Below, one piece after another: positions 11,570-22,041 of a stretch of DNA of 56,085 nucleotides. The DNA is from Chiloscyllium plagiosum (taxonomy: Eukaryota): positions 3,512,932 through 3,569,016 of the forward strand of contig NC_057718.1 of the NCBI RefSeq assembly GCF_004010195.1. Reading direction: 5' to 3'. Every line of letters starts with the position of its first letter. Positions within the stretch are counted from its first letter, which is position 1. The notes under the pieces are model-generated. The model saw only the letters and a list, made by a program, of their open reading frames with translations, searched no databases and was not told the origin of the DNA. The translations under genes were made by a program, and so were the position numbers.

Positions 11570-11975
11570 ACAGTTAAAGTCACCATAATCCCATTGGGCT
11601 ATTCTCCCATTAAAGAGAGATGACTGGGAGGGTCAGCACACCTCAGACAAGGGGACAGGTTGAGAAGGAGAGTCCTTCATGGTAACCTCAGCTGCTGGTG
11701 AGGTTACCATGAAGGTAACCTCACCAGCCATCCTGTCATGAAGGTAACCTCAGAAACCAGCCATCCTGCCACCTGAGCTAACCAGCCCCCAGTAATAAAC
11801 TAATGATAGAGATGATACAGTAATGTTGACATTAGCAGCTGGGTTCTAGATTCTGGAGAATGGAGAAGCAGTCATCATGTCACCATAGTCTTACCAGACC
11901 AAAGGGGCTGCTGTCTTCTTAGAGAGGGAGAAACGACTGGTGGAGATTTAACCTGAGGGCCACCAGACTTCAGGG
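11570..11975 (-). repeat. Two fragments of a short interspersed repeat (related copy near 51100-51190)
   Basis: gtcaccata...agagaga..gactgg...gagg..ca.cac.cctcag recurs at about 11579 and about 11879. Confidence 0.5.
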
Positions 11976-12044
11976 AGTATTCTGAGAGAAATGTCCTAAC
12001 TCCCAGTTGAATGATCTGGTGAATTTTACAGAAACCTCCCAGTG

Positions 12045-12425
12045 TTTGAATACTGAATGGCCTAGACAGAGTGGATGTTGGGAAGATGTTTCCATTGGCA
12101 GGAGAGATAAGGACCTGTGGGCATAGCCCTCGAATAAAAGGAAGACCCTTTAGAACGGAGATAAGGAGAAACCTCTTTAACCAGAGAATGGGGAATCTGT
12201 GGAATTCATTGCCACAGAAGGCTGTGGAGGTCAGGTCATTGAGTATATTTAAAACAGAGAGACATAAATTCTTGACTGCCAAGGAGATCAAAAGTTATGG
12301 AGAAAAAGTGGAAGAATGGAGTTAAAAAGCTTTATCAGCCATGATTGAACAGCGGAGCAGATTCGATGGGCTGAAAGGCCTAACTTCTGCTCCTATGTCT
12401 TATGGTCTCTTATGATCTTATGGTC
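12045..12425 (+). mobile_element. CR1-like LINE 3' end
   Basis: GHSPRIKGRPFRTEIRRNLFNQRMGNLWNSLPQKAVE; tail tatgtcttatggtctcttatg. Confidence 0.85.
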
Positions 12426-12705
12426 CCTGATGGAAAGGAAACCATCTGAACATTGACCAGGCTATAAGTTAACAAAGAGACCTCTAAATCAGATCCAAAG
12501 TTGGAACCAAATCTGAAACCAACTCCCAGGCCTCTGAATTCCTGTTGAACAGTAACATTACCACTCTGCCCCTTTGTCCTACTAGAACAGGAAAGACCAG
12601 AATAAAGTATTCAGCAAGCCGGGAATGGAGAGATTGTTGGTGGCAGATCAATGTGGTGAAAATGACTGGAACTGATGACAGGGTGTTTGATCATTGCTTT
12701 CACAG

Positions 12706-12770
12706 CACAATCCGGAGCAGCTAATGATCTGAACACAACTGCAGATTATGGAAATATGAAAATGCTGCAG
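12706..12770 (+). CDS. Gene 1, cytoplasmic exon 1 (contains YGNM motif)
   Basis: Acceptor cattgctttcacag|CA, donor GCAG|gtgagt; 65 nt, phase 1 to 0; translates SQSGAANDLNTTADYGNMKMLQ in frame with the TM exon. Confidence 0.78.
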
Positions 12771-12929
12771 GTGAGTTCAGGTGGTTTTCAAGGATGTTGG
12801 ATTCTGTCATGGGAAGGCTCGAGCTGATGGGACACATTCTGACCGTGTGTTTGAGTCTTTTGTTACTGAGCTTTGGATTTAGAGTGGGAGATGTGACACA
12901 CACCATTTCCAAATTTTAGAGTGACCGTA

Positions 12930-13700
12930 AGACCAGGAGATATAGGAGTAGAATTAGGCCATTCGACTCATCCAGTCTGCTCTACTATTCGATCAGAGCT
13001 GAGATACCTCTCAATCCCATTCTCCTGTCTTCTCCCTGTAACCCTTGAATCCCTCAGTAAGCAAGAACCTATCTATCTCTCTTTGATGTCTCACTTAGAT
13101 TATCTCTCTTAAAATAAATTCAATCATCAACACACTTGGTGGCATGGCCTTCACAATCCTCTGTGGCAATGAGTTCCACAGATGCACCACCCTCTGGCTG
13201 AAGAAATTCCTTTAGAAATCTAAAGAGTTGCCCCTTCACCCAAAGGTTGTGCTCTTGGGTCTGAGTATCTCCATTTGGGAAAGCATCTTATCCATGTCCC
13301 CTCTATCCAGGCCTCTCTGCATTCTGTAAGTTTCAATCAAATTCCCCCTCATCTTTCTAAACTCCATCGAGTACAGACCCAGAGTCCTCATCTGCTCCAA
13401 AGAGATCATCCTGATAAACCTCTTCCATACACCATCCAATGCCAGCTCATTTCTTAGATATGGGGTCCAAAACTGTTCAGAATATTCCAAAAGCAGTCTG
13501 ACCAGAGCCTCATACAGACTCAGCGTTACACCTCTATCTGCTGTTCTGTTCCAGGCCTCTTGAAATCAATATTAACATTGCATTTGCCTTCCTAACTACC
13601 AACTGAACCTGCATGGTCACCTTAAGTGAATCCTGAACTCGGACTCCCAAATTCCTTTGTGTTTCATATTTCCAAACACTTTCTCTGCTTATAAAATAGT
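12930..13700 (-). mobile_element. CR1-like LINE 3' fragment
   Basis: ORFs 13236-13490 and 13534-13743 show CR1 RT C-terminal motifs (QRNLGVRV, EYSEQFWTPYLR, RGNLIETYR). Confidence 0.85.
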
Positions 13701-14426
13701 CTACACCTGCAAGAGGGCAGGGTGGGGAGTTTACAGAACCCAAAAGGAACAGGAACAGAAGAAGGTCATTCGGCTCCTCAAGTCTGGTCTAACATTCAAT
13801 AACATCATGGCTGATCGCTGCATCTTTGGTGAAGGGGCAGGTATTATTTGAGGAGCCTTTTCAATTCGGAAATATGGTGCCCTCTCAGAAACGGACAAAG
13901 ACCAATGGAGACTTCGATTTCACCGGAGGCCTCCTGCCCCTCCACAACATCCTTTTTATCCACATGGATGGCTGGGAATGGATATCCAAGACCCCGTAAC
14001 TCGAGGGCACCCTGTACATCTTTCCGATCTAACCTTTCACATTTGCAGCTCATGAAAGATGACCTTATACATTCATGGTTTGAGCCTGTGGCTGGGACCA
14101 TGAAATCACCTCTGAGACAATTCCTTGTCCCCTCAGCTGATTGGGATTTGATGCACATCCCAGAACTTTATTTTAAACCTGCCTGATTCCTTCTCCCATA
14201 GTCCCTATAATTGGGTCAGATTATTATCAATTTGGGGAATATCCTTCACTTTTGGTTTCTCTGCATGTACAGTTATAAATCTGCTTGGCTCTGACTTTAT
14301 TGCTGTTCCTGGTTTAAGTACAGTGTGTAGCTAACTGAAGAAACAACTAAAGATGGTGCATCATCCCAGGGAACTCAGGAACCAACAGTAACAATGTGTT
14401 AAACACTACTTTACATTTCATTCCAG

Positions 14427-14468
14427 AATGCAGGAGATTTTCCAGAAGATTCCAATGCTGTGTACTCG
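14427..14468 (+). CDS. Gene 1, cytoplasmic exon 2 (first half of ITAM)
   Basis: Acceptor tttcattccag|AAT, donor TCG|gtgaga; 42 nt, phase 0/0; NAGDFPEDSNAVYS (acidic run then Tyr). Confidence 0.8.
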
Positions 14469-14563
14469 GTGAGAATTTAAAATATTAAAAAGCTTACAAA
14501 CATTTTTACATTGTGCATCTGTTACTTGGTCCCAGTTTGTAAAATTTCTCTGTTTTCTGTTAG

Positions 14564-14606
14564 ACACTACAGCCAATGGATCAGTCTGTTTACAGCAACA
14601 TTAAAG
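14564..14606 (+). CDS. Gene 1, cytoplasmic exon 3 (second half of ITAM)
   Basis: Acceptor tttctctgttttctgttag|ACA after a 95-nt intron, donor AAAG|gtatgt; TLQPMDQSVYSNIK completes YSTL-x7-YSNI. Confidence 0.8.
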
Positions 14607-15184
14607 GTATGTTGCTGGAACACTAACAAGGGTTCAGGAGAAGCTTGTGGATCGGTTACATTCTGCATCAATGAGGAAAAGTGTGGGAAAGTCTCACTGA
14701 AATGAACAGCAATATTGGTTAAAGCAGCAGAGAGCAGTCAGTCCCATGTGATGACAGAACATCATTAGAGTTGTGTGTCGCTGTGTGTCACTGTATAGGA
14801 ATGAACCTTTAAGATATCATTAACATACTCATCAACATAAACATCAAACATTTGCATCATCTGTGGGTGCAGCAATCACACATAGAAATGCTGGTGACTG
14901 TCCTACAGGTTGAGGTATCCTCTCAATCGTGGTGTAAAACTGTCAGAGCTCCAATCTGTGTGACTGGGCAACAGGAACCATTCAGTGGGACCTACCCTTG
15001 ACTATTAGCCCCTGGGGCAGCTTGAGTCAGTCTCATTTCTCAACTTTTTCAAGAATATGTCGAGGAGGTTCCAGTGCATAGGTTAGCCCAATAGAGAGAG
15101 AATGTTTTCTCCTGTGGAAGAAGCAAGAATGATGTGAACCACCTTCACATGAGAGTGAGACCATTCTGGATTGATGGCTTCAAG

Positions 15185-15449
15185 ACCAGTTTCTGTGATC
15201 AGGAGTGACCACACTGACCAGTCCTTCTGACTGGGAGTGTCCACACTGACCAATTCCTGCATCAGGAGCGACTGCACTGACCAGTTCCTGTGACCGAGAA
15301 TGACTGTACTTTCCAGTCCTTGTGATCAGGAGTGACCATAATGACCAGTCCCTGTGAATGGGAATGACCACACTGACCAGTTCCCATGTTCAGGTTTGAC
15401 CATACTGACCACACCCTCTGATCGGGAGTGACCACACTGACCAGCCCCA
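15185..15449. repeat. 32-bp minisatellite, about 8 diverged copies
   Basis: Unit close to ACCAGTTCCTGTGATCAGGAGTGACCACACTG repeated head to tail without spacers. Confidence 0.9.
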
Positions 15450-15592
15450 GTGAACATAGGGACCCTTATTAAAGCTCTGCAGGTAATGATGATGAACTCT
15501 CAGAGCAGCTCACTCAATCCTGAGACCCTCAGGTATTCACTGAAAATGGTTTATATTGTCTCATTTCACAACATTAATGTTTGATTTTACAG

Positions 15593-15609
15593 AAACAGGC
15601 AAGATATAA
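15593..15609 (+). CDS. Gene 1, probable terminal coding exon (ETGKI-stop), followed by 3' UTR of undetermined length
   Basis: Acceptor tgtttgattttacag|AA is phase-1 compatible and gives E-T-G-K-I-TAA (15607-15609). The exon is very short, so support is only splice consensus and phase. Confidence 0.5.
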
Positions 15610-15859
15610 ACAGCTGACAGATGAACTGCTGAACAAATCCTTCCTGAGGGATGAAGACACCAAATGGATATTTTGATCAAGAAAGATCATTGGACCAAAC
15701 AAGTCTGTTCTCCATCTTTTTTCCCAATCCTCTCTCCTGTTCCAGAAACTGATCTGATTCGCTGCTGCCCCCAGTTTCTCTGTTCACATCAGCATCTCTC
15801 ATTGGTTACACGTTCTACAACTCGATCCATGTTTGAGTAGTTTTCATTGATTCTTTCCT

Positions 15860-16390
15860 GGAATGTGGGTCTCATTAGCAAGGCCAGCATTTGTTCCCAA
15901 TCCCTAATTGCCCTTGAGCTGATTGATACTTTGGGCCATTCAGGGGCCAGTTAAGAGTCAGATATATTACTGTGGGTCTGGAGTCCCTTATAGGCCAGAG
16001 CAAAAGTGAGGACTGCAGATGCTGGAGATCAGAGTCTAGATTAGAGTGGTGCTCAAAAAGCACAGCAGGTCAGACAGCATCCGAGGAGCAGAAAAATCAA
16101 CAGTTTGGGCTAAAGCCCTTCATCAGGCATGAAGGCAAGGAGCCTCCAGGGTGGGCAGGTCAGAGGCCAGAGCAGTTAAGCATGGCACATTTCCATCCCA
16201 AAGGGCGTTAGGATCCTATGTGGGATTTTACAATCCTCAGTAATAGTTTCATGGTCACCATTACCAAAACCAGCTTCTTCATGAATGGAATTTTATTTCC
16301 AATAGCTGCAGGAGAAGATTTGAACCATGTTCCCAGATCATTAGCCAGTGCTTCTCGATTACTCACCCAGTGACAACTCTGCCCAACCAC
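15860..16390 (-). mobile_element. SINE-like element interrupted by a Penelope-type terminal-repeat fragment (about 16002-16128)
   Basis: ggccagcatttgttcccaatccctaattgccc tail recurs elsewhere (42100, 48490, 52750); the aaagtgaggactgcagatgctggagatcag block recurs at 17800, 39040 and 50975. Confidence 0.6.
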
Positions 16391-16559
16391 AATCTCAGAA
16401 AATGAACATTACCCAGTGGGGTTTAGGCCAACTTTAATCGTTCCACCTTCACCGTCTTCTGTTCCTCTTCATTTTTCATCAATTTCCTTTGAAACCCAGC
16501 TTCACCATCGTAAGAAGTTTAATTTGATCAAACTGAATTCTTCTGCCTTGCTTCCACAA

Positions 16560-17080
16560 TCCCCCTCCTCTCATTCCCTGGCCGCTCCCTCACTCACTGA
16601 CTCTACTCCACTTACTGCCCCCTCCCTTACTCACCTAATCTCCCTCACTCACAGCACTGCCCTCTCTCTCACTTGCTTGCTGCCCCTCATTCACTGTCTT
16701 GCCCCTCCCTCCTTACTCACTCACGTTCCTCCCCACTCAGTGCACATTCACCCATTCCCTGACCCCTCCCTCACTCCCTCATCTACTGCCTGATGCCCTT
16801 CTCACTGCCCCTCCGCCTCCCTCATTAACTGCTCTCTCCTTCCCTCGATAATCTGAGGGATACCACACTCTCAGGCAATGAAGTTGCTTCAATGCCCTCT
16901 GTTATTTTCTCACAGACCAGGGCCACCAGTCTCTTGAATGGAAGCTTGGTTTCTGCTGCAAAGTGATACCAACAGCGTGGCTTCAATTCCCACACCAGCT
17001 GAATCTCTCTGTCTCTCCCTCTCTCTTTCTCTGTCTCCCTCTCTCTCTGTGTCTCCCTCTCTCCCTCTGTCACTCTCGCT
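16560..17080. repeat. CT-rich low-complexity tracts
   Basis: (CT)n/(CACT)n degenerate runs at about 16560-16825 and 17005-17080. Confidence 0.7.
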
Positions 17081-17869
17081 CTGATGAAAGAGCTGCTCTC
17101 TGGGACTTTGATGATGTTACCTTTTGCCCTGCTTGTATAACGCACAGTTTTCCCCAGTGTAAACTCACGAATTGCAGTTTTAGATTGTGTTGTGTTGGAC
17201 TGGAGAACACTAACTGTAGTATTGAAACCAATTTCCAGCTGTGTTTTTGATGAGTCAGCATAAGCTTTGGATGTACAGCAGGGAAAACACTGTGACTACA
17301 TCACATTCACTGGGATTGAGTTACTCGCTGATGAACTATTTTCACTGTGAGTTATTGTAAATGGTTTGACCACAGTTACATGATATCAAGGTACAGTTGA
17401 AGGTACTGGATACTGCAAAGGCTATGAGCACTGACACCATAGTGTTCAGCTATAGTACTGAACCCTTGTGCACCAGAACTTGCTGCACCCAAAGCCAAGC
17501 TGTTCCAGTATATTTACAACCCTGGCGCTGACATTGATCCCTTATCGATTTCACCAGTTTCCTCAACTCCCCTCCCCCTACCTTATCCCAGATCCAAACC
17601 TCCAATTCATGCATCACCTATCACCTTTTCAGCTGTGTTCCCCTGAGCCCCATTCCCTCCCCTTTATCTCTCAGCCCCCTTGGACCCTCCCCAACATTCC
17701 TCATGAAGAGCTATGCTGGAAAAGTCGACTCTACTTCTCCTCAGATGCTGACTTATCGGCTGTGCTTTTCCCACAGTCGACTTTCTGACACTGATCTCCA
17801 GCATTTACAGTCCTCACTTTCTCCTAGAGCTTTTCCACTACCTACAAGGCACACAACAGGAAAGTGATA

Positions 17870-18700
17870 GAATACTCCCCACTTGCCTGGATGGGTACAG
17901 AAATACTCAAGATGCTTGATACCATTCAGGAGAAAACAGCCCACTTTGAGCCATAGAGTTATACAGCATAGAAACAGACACTTCAGTCCAACCAGTTCAC
18001 GACAACAATAATTCCAATCTAAACTAGTCCCATTCCTCTGCTTCACCCATTTCCCTCAAAACATTTCTTATTCACGTACTAATCCAAATGTCTTCTAAAC
18101 ATTGCAATTGTACCTGCAACTACCACTTCCACTGGAAGTTCATTCCACACATGAACCACTCTCTGTGTAAAAAAACAAGTTGCCCTCAACTGTTTTTAAA
18201 TCTTCGTTCCTCACCTTAACGATATGCCTGATAGTCTTGAAATCACCCACTCTACGGAAAAGAGACCTGCTATTCACCTTACCTATAAATCTCATTGTTT
18301 ATAAACCTCTACAAGGTCACCCATCAATCTCTCTCGATTATTACCACATCAAGAAGCATCCACTCCCTCAGTAGCAGCAGTGTGTATTATCTACAAGATA
18401 CACTGCAGAACATCAACAAAGACCCTCAGACAGCACCTTCCAACCTCACGGCCACTTCAATCTAGAAAGTCACAGACATGGGAGCACCAAGCCATGCACC
18501 AGTCACCATCCTGACTTGGAAGTGTATTGTGTACCTTCAGTTTCACTGAGTCAAAATCCTGGAATTCCCTCCCTAAGGGTATTGTGGGTACACCTTCACC
18601 ACATGGACTGCAGTGATTCAAGAAGACAGGTCACCCCCAATTTCTCAATGGGGCAAGGGACAAACAATAAATGCTGGCCCCATGTCCCAGAAACGAATGA
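17870..18700. mobile_element. LINE 3' fragment (+) interrupted by a CR1 3' end (-, about 17950-18330)
   Basis: Same LINE tail family as 48670-49085 and 42100-42530; the inner piece starts catagagttatacagcatagaaacag (reverse CR1 tail). Confidence 0.7.
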
Positions 18701-20229
18701 ACAGATTCCAGGATATTTATTTGAACATCTATTTCAACCGTCATTGAATTTGAAGATTCTGTTAAGTTTAAAGGAGAATTATCTACAACTATCTTCAGGT
18801 AAAGCTGTGGCCAACATTTCTTGTTCAGTGGAGATTTTATTGATTAATTACTGCAATGTAAATTCAATATTACCAAAGGGAATTAGCTGTCTCCAATTAC
18901 CCTGCTCCCTATTGCTTTAAATGATTGTAATGCTGAATTCATTGTTTGAATAAAGATTTTTAAGCAATTATTAGGAAGTTGTAGTCTCACATTTCACTCC
19001 TCAGACAGCCAACAATGAAATCAGAATGTGTGTGGCAATGCTTCCACCAATCAGAATCCATGTTCAACCAATTAGCAGTCTCCTCTCATACAGCATTAAT
19101 GTTACTTTCCCCTTGGGCTGCTATTTTTGTGAAGGGTCCTGATGGGAGAAAGTCAGAAATCTGTGACAAATCTCAGTCTTCATGGTTCCTGTAGGAGACA
19201 AGGTTATCTTGCGGGATGGTTCTTATCAGAGAGAAAGTTCATGTGCAGGATATGAATGGACACAGTGTGGACACCACTTTGCTGCTAGTACTGTTGAAAT
19301 TATTCACTGTGGAGCTCAATCTCACATTTCAGCAGATCACCTGCATCTGGAGAGATGGAGAGAAACAGGAATCTCAGTCTCACTGTTGATCTGGAATGTG
19401 TCAATACATTTCCGGCAAATTCCTTCATTGTTGTCCAGCCCACTTCCTCCTTCCTCTTTCTGTGCTGTACTTTCAACACAAACCTCAAGCCATTCCATGT
19501 TACTGAGATCCTGAAACAGCAACATTACAACACAGTCTGAGATAGGACAGCAATTGAAAACACATTTATTTGAAACATTTTTTCCTGAATTTCCTTATCT
19601 TATCTCTAATGCTCTCTGTCGCTGTGGGAAAGTAAATGGTTGGAATTGTTTCCATAGACTTCTGTGTTTGAGTTTCATTTTTGGATTGTGTGCTGGTGTT
19701 TGAGCCGGTATTTTGTAATTCACAATTTCCTATTTAAGGTGAAATTGGGCTTTCTCACAGTGCAATGGGAACATACAGTGTAAGATGTGACACTGAACAA
19801 TGCTGTCCAGTTGTCCCACTCCTGGGCTACAGTGTCTGTCATTTCAGAATCCCATGTCAGCTCTGCACAAAGTTTCTGACTGAAGCACTGAACCTTTAAA
19901 AATGACTACATTATGCAAAGTAAATAATCCTTCAGTATCTGTCCATCAAATAGACCCCTCAATACACAATGTGACTGTGGTACTTTTATGTGTCTCCTAG
20001 ATTGACTGATACAGTGGGGTAATGCCTTGGGGGAATGGATAGGAACTGGGGAATTGCTTTAATAATCTAACAGAGACTATTAAGAGTGTACTAGGACATT
20101 TACCCAGTCAGTGTACCCCTTGCCAAGACTTTGAGTCAACAAACTAACAAGAACCAAACTGGAATAGGTCTGACCAAGAATGCCTCAGAAATCTGACATC
20201 ATCCTGCCTGGCTCATGATCCAGTGTGTT

Positions 20230-21960
20230 TACTGCAAGTCCCTCAAATGGCAACATATATTTCCTTTGATACATTGTTGAAACTGTTCATAATGTTCCAA
20301 ATGCAGTCTGACCAGAGCCTTATACAGCCTCAACACTACACCCCTGCTCTTGTATTCCAGCCCTCTTGAAATGACCGCCAACACTGCATTTGCCTTCCTA
20401 ACTATAAACTGAACCTGCATATTAACCTTAAGGGAATCGTGAACTAGGATTCCAAAATCCCTTTAAGCTTCATACTTCTGAATTTTTTTCCATTCTTAAA
20501 ACATAGTCTATGCATCTATTCTTCCTACCAGAATGCATAACCTCACACTTTCCAACACTGTATTCAATCAGCCACTTCGTTCACTCTTTTAGCCTGTCTA
20601 CATCTTTCTCTAGCCTCCCCACTTCTTTCACACTATCTGCCCCACCATCTATCTTTGTGTCATCTGCAAACTTAGCAATAATTCCCCCTGTTATGATGAC
20701 CATATCATTAACGTATAAGATGTCCAACTGTGGACCCTACACTGATCCTAATGGGACTCCATTAGTTGCTGGCTAATATTGTGTGAAAGACTCCTTTACC
20801 CATACTCTCTGCCTTCTGACAGCCAGCCAATCCCTCCCCATACCAGTACCTTGCTCCTAACACTATGGGCTATGACATTATTTGGCAGCCTCTGGTGTTG
20901 GACCTTGTCAAAGACTTTGTCGAAAGTAAAGCAGATCATGCGGAGGTATGTGGGTCTCTGGTTGAGTATGGTGGGAGAGGGATAGATCTCATTGGTGGGT
21001 CTTTGCATTCCACTGTGGGGTCATTGGGTTAGACTAAGGGCACAGGATTGTGGATATTCATGATAGGAGTAAGTGAAATATGGATGAATTGGATTTTAGG
21101 GCTGTGGGAGCAAATGGTTTCAGGGGGTGGGGAGTTATTGAACGTTCCAGAAACAGGAGCTTGGACAATGGGTGGAGGGAGCTGTATGGATCAGGGCCAG
21201 GATGGTATGGGGATGGAAACGAGTGTAGACTCAAGGGGAAAGAGCAGAATCAGAGAATTGTTACAGCACAGAAGGAGGCCATCCTGCCCATTGTGTCTGT
21301 ACCAGCTCTTCAAACGATCATCGTTACCTCGTGCCAATCTCCTCTGTCTTCCTTGTATCCCTGCCGACAATTTCAGACCAAATCAGCAACAAATCTCCTC
21401 TTGAAAGGCTCAGGTGAACCTGCCTCTACCACATTTCCAGGCAGGATCACATTTCCTTCATTTGCAGATCACTTTAAATCTATGCCCCTCTTGTTCTTGT
21501 TCCTTTTACAGGCAGAAACCCCTTTTCCCTATCTACTCTGTCCAGCCTGCTCATGATTTTGAAAATATCAATCAGATTTCCTCTCAGTCGCCTTCTCTCC
21601 AGAGGGAAAGTTCCCAACATCTTCAATCTCTCCACATCCCTGAAGTTCCTCATCCCTCGAATTATTCTTGTAAATCACTTCCTGCACACTCTGAGGACAC
21701 TGCCTGCTTTATTAACCTCACTCTCCGTCCATCTGTACAAGGGCAGGGAGCTGCTGTGGAACTTATACAAGACCCTTGTTCATTCCCAGCTGAAGTATTG
21801 TGTGCAGTTATAGGTCCCACACCACAGGAAGGTTGTGACTGTTTTGGAGAGCGAGTGTAAAAGTGATTTATGAAAATGGTTTGAGGGATGGGGAAATTCA
21901 GCCATGAGGACAGATTGAAGACGTTGGGGCTATTCTCTCTGGAGAGAAGATGGATGAGAG
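20230..21960. mobile_element. Cluster of degenerate CR1-like fragments (minus about 20230-20940 and 21245-21700; plus about 21750-21960)
   Basis: RLYKALVRLHLEHY, FDKVFDKVQHQRL and LYKTLVHSQLKYCVQL motifs. Confidence 0.75.
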
Positions 21961-22041
21961 GAAGTCCAATAAAAACCAAAGTTACTGTGAATGCTGGAAA
22001 TTAGAAACAGAATTTGCTGGAAAAGCTCCACAGGTTTGGCA

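Noticed and set aside
15185-15449. CRISPR-like array
   Set aside because: Head-to-tail degenerate repeats without unique spacers, in a eukaryotic context with no cas genes.
19400-19600. Promoter/leader exon for the second gene copy (PU.1-like CACTTCCTCC at 19441)
   Set aside because: The following ATG closes after 5 codons; no signal peptide or donor site found.
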